From positions 67,616 to 131,615 of the forward strand of contig JBPCLP010000025.1 in assembly GCA_051003195.1 (NCBI GenBank): a stretch of DNA of 64,000 nucleotides, read 5' to 3'. A model generated the notes under the pieces. That model had not been told where the DNA came from, searched no databases, and saw only the letters and a list, made by a program, of their open reading frames with translations. Position numbers and translations under genes: made by a program. Below, piece after piece: positions 55,274 through 63,079 of this stretch. Within the stretch, counting starts at the first letter, position 1. Every line of letters begins with the position of its first letter. Source of the stretch: Candidatus Sumerlaeaceae bacterium. GTDB taxonomy: Bacteria; Sumerlaeota; Sumerlaeia; Sumerlaeales; Sumerlaeaceae.

Positions 55274-55960
55274 ATGAAGCAGTTTGTCACCCTTTGCATA
55301 TTCCTGTGCCTTGTTTGCGTTGCAGGCGCGGCCGATACCAAAATTGCCTATGTCGACATCGAGAAGGTTACCGGTAAGGCGAAAGCAATCAACAGCGCTC
55401 TCTCGACGGTCGGCGATAAAGTCAAAAAGTACCAGAACGACATTGAGTCCAAACGCAAAAAGATCCGCGACCTTGAAGACGATGTGAAGCGCACCGAAGG
55501 AGTGTTGTCTCGCGACGAGGTCGATAAAAAACGCAAAGAGATCAACACGCTGAACAACGAAATCGACGACCTTGTGCTGCAGGGACGCCGCGAGATGCAG
55601 CGAGTCGACGACACTTTTTATTCCCCCCTTCTGAAGAAGATCATTTACGCCATCCAGGACGTCGCCGCCGAGAAGGACATCGATATCGTCCTGCGCGGGG
55701 AAGTCGTACTGTACGGCAAGGACACCGCCGACATTACCAACGATGTGATTCGGAAGCTGAACGAGGACGATAGCGCTTCCACTGCTGCCAGAACAGAGAA
55801 GAAGACTGAAACACCGGCGAAGCCCGCAGACACCACCGCCAAGCCCACCGAGTCGGCAAGCCCGGCAGCCGCAAACGTTGTGGTGCCGGAAACACCCGCA
55901 AAGCCAAAGCCGACGAAAACGCCTGCCTCCGCGCGACCGGTTGACCGCCAGCCTGACTGA
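55274..55960 (+). CDS. skp: periplasmic chaperone Skp (OmpH)
   Basis: Signal peptide MKQFVTLCIFLCLVCVAGA. KIAYVDIEKVTGKAKAINSALSTVGDKVKKYQNDIESKRKKI... coiled-coil OmpH pattern. AAGGA RBS before ATG 55274 (the track ORF starts at GTG 55250). Pro/Thr-rich C-terminal tail. Confidence 0.8.
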   Translation: MKQFVTLCIFLCLVCVAGAADTKIAYVDIEKVTGKAKAINSALSTVGDKVKKYQNDIESKRKKIRDLEDDVKRTEGVLSRDEVDKKRKEINTLNNEIDDLVLQGRREMQRVDDTFYSPLLKKIIYAIQDVAAEKDIDIVLRGEVVLYGKDTADITNDVIRKLNEDDSASTAARTEKKTETPAKPADTTAKPTESASPAAANVVVPETPAKPKPTKTPASARPVDRQPD

Positions 55961-55980
55961 TCGCCTGCCCCGCTAGCGGA

Positions 55981-56817
55981 ATGCGTAATCGTCAGACGAT
56001 CAACTCCGTCGTCGAAGTCTCGGGGCGCGGCGTCCACACCGGGCAGGAAGGTACGGTGCGCTTTTTGCCGGCGCAATCGGGCGAAGGAATCATCTTCCGG
56101 AGAACGGACCTCCACGGCGAAGCGATACCTGCACGGCTGGACTACCTCGTGCCTGATCAGTTGCTGCGGCGAACCACACTTGCGAACGGTCGTGCCAAAG
56201 TCCACACGATCGAACATGTGCTGTCCGCCGCAGCCGGATGTGATGTCGACGACTTGCTGATCGAAATGAACACAGGCGAGCCGCCCTTTCTGGACGGCAG
56301 CGCCGCACGGTTTGTCGAACTGCTTCAACAAGCGGGCATCACACAGCAGCGGGAGAATTGCCAGCCGCTCGAGATCGGCGAACCGCTGGCGTTCCGGGAT
56401 GGAGACGCCGAGTTTTCGTGCCTCCCGTCTGACGAGTTTCGAGTCAGTTTCTTCTTCACCTCCGACCATCCTAAACTAAGGCGTCAGGCGGCCAGCATCG
56501 TCATAACGCCGGAAACGTACGCCGCGGAAGTCGCACCCGCCCGCACCTTTTGTTTCTTTGAAGAAATCGAGTCCATGCGTCGGCAGGGACTTATCAAAGG
56601 CGCCAACCTTTCCTCCGCTGTGGTGATTGGCCGCAAAGGCATGTTGAACGACTCGCTGCGTTTTCCGGATGAGCCGGTGCGGCACAAAATTCTTGATTTT
56701 ATCGGTGACCTCGCCCTGCTCGGACGACCCCTGAAGGGGCACTTCCTGGCGTGGCGTTCCGGTCATCGTGCCAATGCGGCGTTTGCGCTTTATCTCAAAA
56801 AGGAGTTCGGCCTGTGA
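55981..56817 (+). CDS. lpxC: UDP-3-O-acyl-N-acetylglucosamine deacetylase
   Basis: MRNRQTINSVVEVSGRGVHTGQEGTVRFLPA...VHTIEHVLSAAAGCDVDDL...EPPFLDGSAARFVELL with conserved zinc ligands. 278 aa. Confidence 0.93.
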   Translation: MRNRQTINSVVEVSGRGVHTGQEGTVRFLPAQSGEGIIFRRTDLHGEAIPARLDYLVPDQLLRRTTLANGRAKVHTIEHVLSAAAGCDVDDLLIEMNTGEPPFLDGSAARFVELLQQAGITQQRENCQPLEIGEPLAFRDGDAEFSCLPSDEFRVSFFFTSDHPKLRRQAASIVITPETYAAEVAPARTFCFFEEIESMRRQGLIKGANLSSAVVIGRKGMLNDSLRFPDEPVRHKILDFIGDLALLGRPLKGHFLAWRSGHRANAAFALYLKKEFGL

Positions 56818-57293
56818 GTGAAACCCCGGCGGTACCCGCGGCGATGGACATCAACCGCATCCTGGAGATTCTCCCCCACCGCTATCCGTTTCTGCTGGTG
56901 GATCGCATCCTCGAAATGCGCGAGGGGTTTGTAGTCGGCCAGAAGTGCGTCACGATGAACGAATGGTTTTTCCAGGGCCACTTCCCGCAGCAGCCGGTGA
57001 TGCCGGGAGTCCTCATCCTCGAGGCGATGGCGCAGACGGGCGCTATACTCGCACATCTGCACGAGGAAAACCGCGGCCGCCTGATTTTTCTCGCGGGTGT
57101 GGATGACGCGCGATTCCGCAAAGTCATATCGCCGGGCGATGTGCTGCGTATCGAGATGACTGAGATCCAGCGGCGCAAAAACATCGGCCGTTGCAGCGGA
57201 CGCGTGCTCGTCGACGGCAAGCTTGCGTGCGAAGCTGTGCTGACCTTCGCGGTACAGGCATCGAGCCAGGGTCGGTCTGCCGATAGTTCGTAA
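56814..57293 (+). CDS. fabZ: 3-hydroxyacyl-[ACP] dehydratase FabZ
   Basis: ILEILPHRYPFLLVDRILE...FFQGHFPQQPVMPGVLILEAMAQTGAIL hotdog motif. Probable GTG start overlaps the lpxC stop (GTGA); alternative ATG at 56844. The TAA stop lies inside the repeat copy at 57286. Confidence 0.9.
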   Translation: MSETPAVPAAMDINRILEILPHRYPFLLVDRILEMREGFVVGQKCVTMNEWFFQGHFPQQPVMPGVLILEAMAQTGAILAHLHEENRGRLIFLAGVDDARFRKVISPGDVLRIEMTEIQRRKNIGRCSGRVLVDGKLACEAVLTFAVQASSQGRSADSS

Positions 57294-57353
57294 TCAGTTC
57301 TGTGTGCCGAATCGAGGGTAAGTTTGCCCTTTGGTCTGGTAAATGAACTAAGG
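57286..57353 (+). repeat. REP-like palindromic repeat, family 1 (copy C, 3' part diverged)
   Basis: gttcgtaatcagttctGTGTGCCGAATCGAGggtaagtttgccctttggtctggtaaatgaactaagg. The 5' 40 nt are near-identical to copies A and B. It shares gccctttgg.ctggtaa with copy A. Confidence 0.65.
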
Positions 57354-57481
57354 GGCCCCCCGTCCACACGATACTCGTTGACACTACCGAGTTTCATGTT
57401 TTTATAAGGTTTCCAATCCGGACTCGTTGCGTGATTTCACTCTGTCTGCTCCTGCCCGGCACTCCACAGGGGAGAATTCTC

Positions 57482-58741
57482 ATGCAGAAGCAAACCGTAA
57501 CCCGGCATCTCGCCCGCTTTTCAATCCACGTCATCATCGCCGCGGCACTGTTAGCCAGCGCGGGCCTGATTCATGCCATCCCGCCGAACTTTGCCGTTCA
57601 GTTAAACAACCCGGGCCCCCTGGGCAGCGCCCTGAACTCACAGTTTGGTATAGCCATCGCAGGCACGGGCAAAGTGGTTTACGTCGGCGCGCCGACATTC
57701 GACCAGGACGGAACCGATTCCGGCGCTGTGTTCGCGTTCGACCAGAAGACCGGCGCCTACCAGGGCCGTCCAAGTTTCGGGGCCTTTTCCGCAGCCGATA
57801 ACAAGATCGGTACTGCCCTGGCCGCGAACAAAAAGTATTGGATCGTCGGCGCACCGGGAACGACGCTCAGCGCAAATCTCAATGCCGGGCGCGTCTTCAT
57901 CCTGTCCGCACGCGGCTTGCCCTCCCTCTATATTGACAACCCGGCGCCAGGCGTCGGCGACAATTTCGGCGCGGCCCTTGCCCTGTACAAGACTCTGCTC
58001 GTCATCGGAGCGCCCAAGGACACGGCACCCGGCGGCGGCCCTGCCGGTTCAGGCGCAGCGTACCTCGTAAACCTCAAGACCGGGCTGACACTGGTCGGGT
58101 TGATAGATCCGGGCGCCGCAGCTGGTGATACGGCGGGCGCGAGCGTCGCCGTCAGCAAAGACTATATCGTCGTCGGCGCGCCGGGCCGCCAGGTCGGTGG
58201 TTTCGCGGGCGCTGGCGCAGTGGCTGTCTTCGACGCAAAAACGGCTGCGTATCTCGGCACGCTTACCGATCCCTCGCCTAACACCGACGATGCATTTGGT
58301 TCAGCCGTTGCCATCAGCGGTTCGCTGGTTACCGTCGGCTCACCAAACAGCGAGTATATAACCGACGCCGTCTATACTAATGCAGGCGCCGTGTTCCAGT
58401 TCGACGCCGCTACGAGAACGTTGGTGCGAGAGCTCCCCGAAAATACATACAACGACGGCGGACACCGCGGCGCAGCAATGGCAACGGATGGCAAACTGCT
58501 GATCGTCGGGAAACCAGACTTCTACTATTCCGGGCCAAACGCCGGATCAACCACTACGTACAAATACAAAACCGGCGAGGCCATCCGCGAGAACATCAGC
58601 GAGAACCCCGTTGCCGGTGGGAATTTCGGTAAAGCGGTCGCGGCGTTTAAGGGTGGCCGCTACGCCGTAGGCGAACCGTTCGGTCAGGATACCTCCGGAA
58701 ACATCGTCGGAGCCGCTTACATGTATAACAAGTACCCGTGA
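57482..58741 (+). CDS. secreted FG-GAP-repeat (integrin-alpha-like beta-propeller) protein
   Basis: Signal peptide from Met 57482 (MQKQTVTRHLARFSIHVIIAAALLASAGLIHA). Seven or more repeats of the xhGAP...G.hhhF pattern (YVGAP, IVGAP, VIGAP, VVGAP, TVGSP, IVGKP, AVGEP). Confidence 0.7.
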   Translation: MQKQTVTRHLARFSIHVIIAAALLASAGLIHAIPPNFAVQLNNPGPLGSALNSQFGIAIAGTGKVVYVGAPTFDQDGTDSGAVFAFDQKTGAYQGRPSFGAFSAADNKIGTALAANKKYWIVGAPGTTLSANLNAGRVFILSARGLPSLYIDNPAPGVGDNFGAALALYKTLLVIGAPKDTAPGGGPAGSGAAYLVNLKTGLTLVGLIDPGAAAGDTAGASVAVSKDYIVVGAPGRQVGGFAGAGAVAVFDAKTAAYLGTLTDPSPNTDDAFGSAVAISGSLVTVGSPNSEYITDAVYTNAGAVFQFDAATRTLVRELPENTYNDGGHRGAAMATDGKLLIVGKPDFYYSGPNAGSTTTYKYKTGEAIRENISENPVAGGNFGKAVAAFKGGRYAVGEPFGQDTSGNIVGAAYMYNKYP

Positions 58742-58861
58742 TGGGCTGGTAGAGCGGGGTAAAACTACCGCTTGGCCTAACCCGCAGGAACCCGCCCGGC
58801 CCTGAATTCAAGTAGCGCGCCGAGCTTTACTTTCGCGTTTCGCGTCGTGCGTTTCCCAATC

Positions 58862-61048
58862 ATGAATGTTTCAACGTTCCTTCACGTCTCATTTGGATTC
58901 CTTGTTATGTCGACGTCCATCCCCGCCCACGCCGCCGAAACGCCCGCCGGCGACACGGCAACTTCGATCCCGGCAACACTGCTTCCTTTTAACCACGTAC
59001 ACGAACTCCTGGCCCCGCCAGAACCCGGCGCCGACTACAGGCTATGGCGCGAGGGAATGCTGAAGTGGCGCGAGGAACAGCGCGCGGTGCTCGCGAAACT
59101 TCGCCAGGACCTGGACGATCCATATGCGCTGCCGCAACTGCAGTGGACGCAGACGAGCTTCATGCAGATCCAGATGATGTCGCACGAGCGGTACTTCTAC
59201 GATCCCGCCACCCGGAAGTACACGGTGAATCGGCTGCTCGACGATCTCGAAAATCGCTACGGCGGCATCGACAGTGTGCTCGTCTGGCCGACGTATCCAA
59301 ACATCGGGGTGGACAACCGAAACCAGTACGACCTGTGGCGCGACATGCCCGGCGGGCTGGAGGGCGTCCGCAAGATGGTGGCCGATTTCCACCGCCGCGA
59401 TGTCCGCGTGTTTGTTCCCATCATGTTCTGGGATCACGGCACCCGCGAGGAGGGCATGCCTATGCCCGACGCGCTGGCAAAGCTGTGCATGGAGATCGGT
59501 GCGGACGGCCTGAACGGCGACACGATGAGCGGCGTGACTCGCGACTTCTACGACGCCAGCGTAAAAATTAATTACCCGCTGGTCATGGAACCGGAAAACG
59601 GCATGAGCGACATCCAGATGCTGGCCTGGAACACGATGACGTGGGGCTACTTCTTTCCCTACCAGGCCGCGCCGGGCGTGAACAAGTTCCGGTGGGTGGA
59701 GCCGCGACACATGACGCACACGTGCGACCGCTGGGCCCACAACCGCACGGACATGCTGCAGTACGCGTTCTTTAACGGCGCGGGTCATCAGGCATGGGAG
59801 AACGTGTGGGGCGTGTGGAATGGAATTACGCCCCGCGATGGCGAAGTCATCCGCCGCATCCAGATCATCTACAAGGCGCTGCCCCACGGCGTGCTCTCAA
59901 GTGACGATTACGAGCCGCATTATCCCACGCTGAAGCAGGGCGTTTACGCGACGCGTTTCCCATCGGCGAACGGGACGCTGTATACGATCGTCAATCGAAC
60001 CAGTGACGCGCTCGACGAGCCGCTGCTCGAGGTCGCGGATGCGGCCGGTTCCCAGTGGTATGACCTGTGGAACGGCTCCGGGAAGGTGACCGTGACGCCG
60101 GGTGCGAACGGCGCTGCGGCGATCCGTGTGCCACTCGATCCCAATGGCTACGCCGCAGTTTTCCAGGCGAAGGGCGAGCTGGAGAAAATGGCAGGGCTGC
60201 TGAGCGCGATGGCCGACCGCGAGAAAACCCCGCTGGCGTCGCTATCCAACGAGTGGCGCGTGCTGCAGCAGCGCATCGTGCCGATCGCGAAAACGTCGGC
60301 GGCGACCACCGCGCCGGAGGGGATGGTTCGCATCCCGGCCGGGCGGTTCGTGTTCGAGGTCGAAGGCGTGATGATCGAACAAAACGAAGGCGTCGGGGTG
60401 CAGTTCCCGTGGGAAGATCAGCCGGAGCTGAAGCACGTCAAACCGATGGATATCGCGACGTTTTACATCGATAAATATCCCGTCACGTGCGCACAGTTTA
60501 AGAAGTTCGTGGATGCGACAAACTATCGCCCCGCCGATGATCACAATTTCCTGAAGGGCTGGAACGGCACGAACCTTCCCGATGGTTATGCGAAGAAGCC
60601 CGTGACGTGGGTGTCGATGGAGGACGCGCGCGCGTACGCCGCGTGGGCCGGCAAGCGCCTCCCCCACGATTGGGAATGGCAGTTCGCGGCGCAGGGAAGC
60701 GATGGCCGGCTTTTTCCGTGGGGCAGCAAGGACCCAGCGCGCGTTCCGGCGTTCCACGAAACACGTACGCAGCCACCGCCGGACGACGTCGACGCGCATC
60801 CGGCCGGGGCGAGCCCGTTCGGCGTAATGGATCTTGTAGGCAACGTGTGGCAGTGGACCGATGAATTCCACGACGACCACACGCGCGCCGCCCTGCTACG
60901 CGGCGGTAGCAATTACCGTCCAACCACTTCGCACTGGTACTTCCCGCAGGCGCACGAACTCAACAAACACGGCAAGTACCTGCTGATGTCCCCCAGCCTG
61001 GACCGCTCCGCCACGATCGGCTTCCGGTGTGTGGCCGACGCTAAATAG
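58862..61048 (+). CDS. secreted two-domain protein: N-terminal TIM-barrel-like glycoside-hydrolase-like domain plus C-terminal FGE-sulfatase (formylglycine-generating-enzyme-like, DUF323) domain
   Basis: Signal peptide MNVSTFLHVSFGFLVMSTSIPAHAA. C-terminal ~260 aa (YPVTCAQFKKFVDATNYRP...WVSMEDARAYAAWAGKRLPHDWEWQFAAQGSDGRLFPWG...GASPFGVMDLVGNVWQWTDE) match FGE-sulfatase family blocks. Confidence 0.75.
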   Translation: MNVSTFLHVSFGFLVMSTSIPAHAAETPAGDTATSIPATLLPFNHVHELLAPPEPGADYRLWREGMLKWREEQRAVLAKLRQDLDDPYALPQLQWTQTSFMQIQMMSHERYFYDPATRKYTVNRLLDDLENRYGGIDSVLVWPTYPNIGVDNRNQYDLWRDMPGGLEGVRKMVADFHRRDVRVFVPIMFWDHGTREEGMPMPDALAKLCMEIGADGLNGDTMSGVTRDFYDASVKINYPLVMEPENGMSDIQMLAWNTMTWGYFFPYQAAPGVNKFRWVEPRHMTHTCDRWAHNRTDMLQYAFFNGAGHQAWENVWGVWNGITPRDGEVIRRIQIIYKALPHGVLSSDDYEPHYPTLKQGVYATRFPSANGTLYTIVNRTSDALDEPLLEVADAAGSQWYDLWNGSGKVTVTPGANGAAAIRVPLDPNGYAAVFQAKGELEKMAGLLSAMADREKTPLASLSNEWRVLQQRIVPIAKTSAATTAPEGMVRIPAGRFVFEVEGVMIEQNEGVGVQFPWEDQPELKHVKPMDIATFYIDKYPVTCAQFKKFVDATNYRPADDHNFLKGWNGTNLPDGYAKKPVTWVSMEDARAYAAWAGKRLPHDWEWQFAAQGSDGRLFPWGSKDPARVPAFHETRTQPPPDDVDAHPAGASPFGVMDLVGNVWQWTDEFHDDHTRAALLRGGSNYRPTTSHWYFPQAHELNKHGKYLLMSPSLDRSATIGFRCVADAK

Positions 61049-61184
61049 GCAATGTCCGCATTCCTTTTACGCATCCCTGCGAGTTTGCCAGGTTTCGGAA
61101 CCGGTGCTGTCGAATTAAAAGAATCGAGTTTGATGGGCAGGCGCCGGCGTATGCACGGTTTTAAAACGGTCGGTGAGCCTCCTT

Positions 61185-61252
61185 AATCAAAACTAATCAA
61201 AACAATCAAACAATTGGCGTCGCTCATTGGCATTTCACGATTTAAATCAAAC
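61185..61252. repeat. short tandem direct repeats (AATCAAAAC x3 plus a fourth copy) in AT-rich intergenic island
   Basis: aatcaaaactaatcaaaacaatcaaacaat ... taaatcaaacagg. Local AT content is far above the window average. Confidence 0.6.
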
Positions 61253-61370
61253 AGGCCAAAGGGGGGTATTTCGCCCTTTGATTTCCGTAATATTCCGATC
61301 ATGTGGCCGCGCGTGCTCCAAAGATCGGCGGCGTGAACGACTTAATAGCAGGGGCGACTAAGGTTGGAGG

Positions 61371-61485
61371 TTTTCAAGTTTTCAAGTTTTTCAAGTTGGT
61401 ATTCAAGTTTGCGTATGAAAGCTTGAAATGCTTGCAGATAAATCAAGTTGGCGAAAAATGGGTAATTTCGCCACTTGAAAAACGG
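61371..61485. repeat. iteron-like array of TCAAGTT heptamers (5 direct, 3 inverted) with embedded hairpin
   Basis: ttttcaagttttcaagtttttcaagttggtattcaagtttgcgtatgaaagcttgaaatgcttgcagataaatcaagttggcgaaaaatgggtaatttcgccacttgaaaaacgg. Perfect 8-bp inverted repeat tggcgaaa/tttcgcca at 61449..61473. Confidence 0.6.
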
Positions 61486-61892
61486 TAATCCTCGCGTAAG
61501 AATTCGCGGGGGCCGTGGATTTCCCGCTTCCTCGCGCGATGGGCGGCTCTTTCCGCCAGGCGCAAAGACGTAAAATGCCACGCGGATTGGGCACAGAAGT
61601 CCCTTTGCCGTCGGTCACGGCGTTCGGGCTGCATAGTTTTCAAAGAACGTGTTCAGCTTTACTACGCTGACACGTTTACACCAGTTGTGGAGGGGGTGTC
61701 ACTTCCCAGGCGTCACCTTAGGGTACGCTAAGTCCAATAAAGTCGAAGAACGTTTTGGGCGAAGGTGCGCTGATGCGTGCGGGCAGCTCCGGAGGAGCGC
61801 GGTTGCTCGAGTGCCATTGATGTGGAGATTTCAGCGAGAAAGTTTGATCGTCGAGCGTCGCAGAGTGGACGCGCTCCCAAAGCCCCGTAGAT

Positions 61893-62090
61893 GATCTTGT
61901 GGTGAAGTATTGCTTACGCTAGCAAATTAATTAGTGAAAACGTCAACCGTGGGGCTGTTGAAAAACCCTGTGTCTTTGTTCGACCCTTGCAGGGTCGTGA
62001 GGATATTACGCTCCAGATCCGCAGGTTGCACCTGCGGCTATTCATGTTCGACACCTCCGGTGTCGGTTTTTCAACACCCCCACCGTCCCC
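61893..62090 (+). mobile_element. MITE/REPIN-like element family 2, copy D (left flank arm plus ~165-nt palindromic core)
   Basis: Left TIR aaacgtcaaccgtggggctgttgaaaaacc. Internal hairpins (gaccc-ttgca-gggtc; ccgcaggt-tgca-cctgcgg; gacacc-tcc-ggtgtc). Degenerate right TIR ggtttttcaacacccccaccgtcccc. Core ~85-90% identical to 63405..63560. Confidence 0.75.
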
Positions 62091-62117
62091 GAATTAAAGA
62101 CCGACGTAGTTCGCGGT

Positions 62118-62840
62118 TTAGCGTGTGCTGCCGGATTCCGGACCAATGCCGGGTCCCAGGAAAAAGACGTCCCCAGCGCTGACGGTGCCGTTCGTAGGGT
62201 CATAGGAGGTGGCGTTCGGGCTGTCGTGACCGAGTGTGGTGGCGTTCAGGTCAGGCCCGACACTTCGCAGCGCCCACAAAACGCCCGCGCTCCGGCTGAT
62301 CCGTTCCGTCCATAGCGGCGGAGTAAGAGGAATGACAATGTTCTCATCCCGCCCATCCGGCGTCATGCGGTACGCGTAGTCAAAAGCGCACACGCTTGCC
62401 AGCTCGCCGCCCGGGCCCGTTTTGTAGTATTCCCCGAGCTGCGGGTTCCGGTAAACCGCGGTGCGGGCGAAGGTATCTTCGGGGATTGAGGAAAGATAGG
62501 CGGTTGGAGTGGTCAGAACAATAAACCGGTTAATATAGTAGGCATAATTGCGAACGGATGTCGGAACCTGCCCGCCGTATGTGGGTTGATTATCCTGAAA
62601 GTCCGGAGGGTACTTGTTATCGTCGACCCGATACGATTCAAGGGCTGTGGCAACAGTTCTCATGTCGGCTTTCACTCTCGAAACCTTGGCCCGCGTCTGC
62701 GCTTCGAGAAAGTTCGGCACTGCGATGGCAGCCAGAATGGCGATGATTGCGACGACGATCAGCAATTCGATCAGAGTGAAGCCACGATGAATCTTCCCGC
62801 CTGGATGGCACGGTACAAAACAATAGGACATAATGGTCAT
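62118..62840 (-). CDS. GspG-like pseudopilin (prepilin-type N-terminal cleavage/methylation domain protein)
   Basis: ...GGKIHRG followed by FTLIELLIVVAIIAILAAIAVPNFLEAQTRAKVSRVKADMRTVATALESY. The likely start is the ATG at 62831 (MSYCFV...), giving a 17-aa leader. C-terminal YDPTNGTVSAGDV is shared with the 5516 paralog. Confidence 0.8.
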   Translation of the reverse strand: MTIMSYCFVPCHPGGKIHRGFTLIELLIVVAIIAILAAIAVPNFLEAQTRAKVSRVKADMRTVATALESYRVDDNKYPPDFQDNQPTYGGQVPTSVRNYAYYINRFIVLTTPTAYLSSIPEDTFARTAVYRNPQLGEYYKTGPGGELASVCAFDYAYRMTPDGRDENIVIPLTPPLWTERISRSAGVLWALRSVGPDLNATTLGHDSPNATSYDPTNGTVSAGDVFFLGPGIGPESGSTR

Positions 62841-63079
62841 CTCCGACAGCTTTGCGGTTTGGGTTTGGATCTACTGGTGCAAGTTGTTGCGGGCAAATTT
62901 GCAGATGCAATCAATAACGCTACCGCGCACCAGGTCTAAGGCGTGGAATAAAGTGCAATCAGCCTCGCCGGCATGGTTGCAGGCGGCCCCGGCTCGTTGT
63001 CAAAGTCATGTCATTCACAATAGTCATCTGGAAATCTCAATCACATCACGGTAAATTCCTGCAGCTTCTTGCGCGTCGG

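Noticed and set aside
55645-56469. 274-aa minus-strand ORF spanning skp 3' end and lpxC 5' end
   Set aside because: It overlaps two strongly supported plus-strand genes and crosses their intergenic region. Frame artefact.
59042-59887. 281-aa minus-strand ORF and several plus-frame ORFs inside the FGE-domain gene
   Set aside because: The plus-strand 733-aa ORF carries the FGE-sulfatase blocks. The others are Arg/His-rich wrong-frame products.
61371-61412. Possible CRISPR array (tandem ttttcaagtt repeats)
   Set aside because: Repeat units are 7-10 nt with no spacers of regular length and no cas genes. This is inconsistent with CRISPR (repeats of 24-48 nt with similar-size spacers).
61649-61894. 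81-aa ORF in the AT-rich/repeat intergenic island
   Set aside because: R-rich, no RBS, and its 3' end runs into the conserved left flank of MITE copy D. Treated as non-coding.
61971-62070. tRNA-like GTTCGACC / GGTTCGA motifs inside the family-2 element
   Set aside because: No cloverleaf can be drawn (no acceptor stem or anticodon arm pairing, no CCA context). The motifs are part of the element's internal hairpins. No convincing tRNA was found anywhere in the window.
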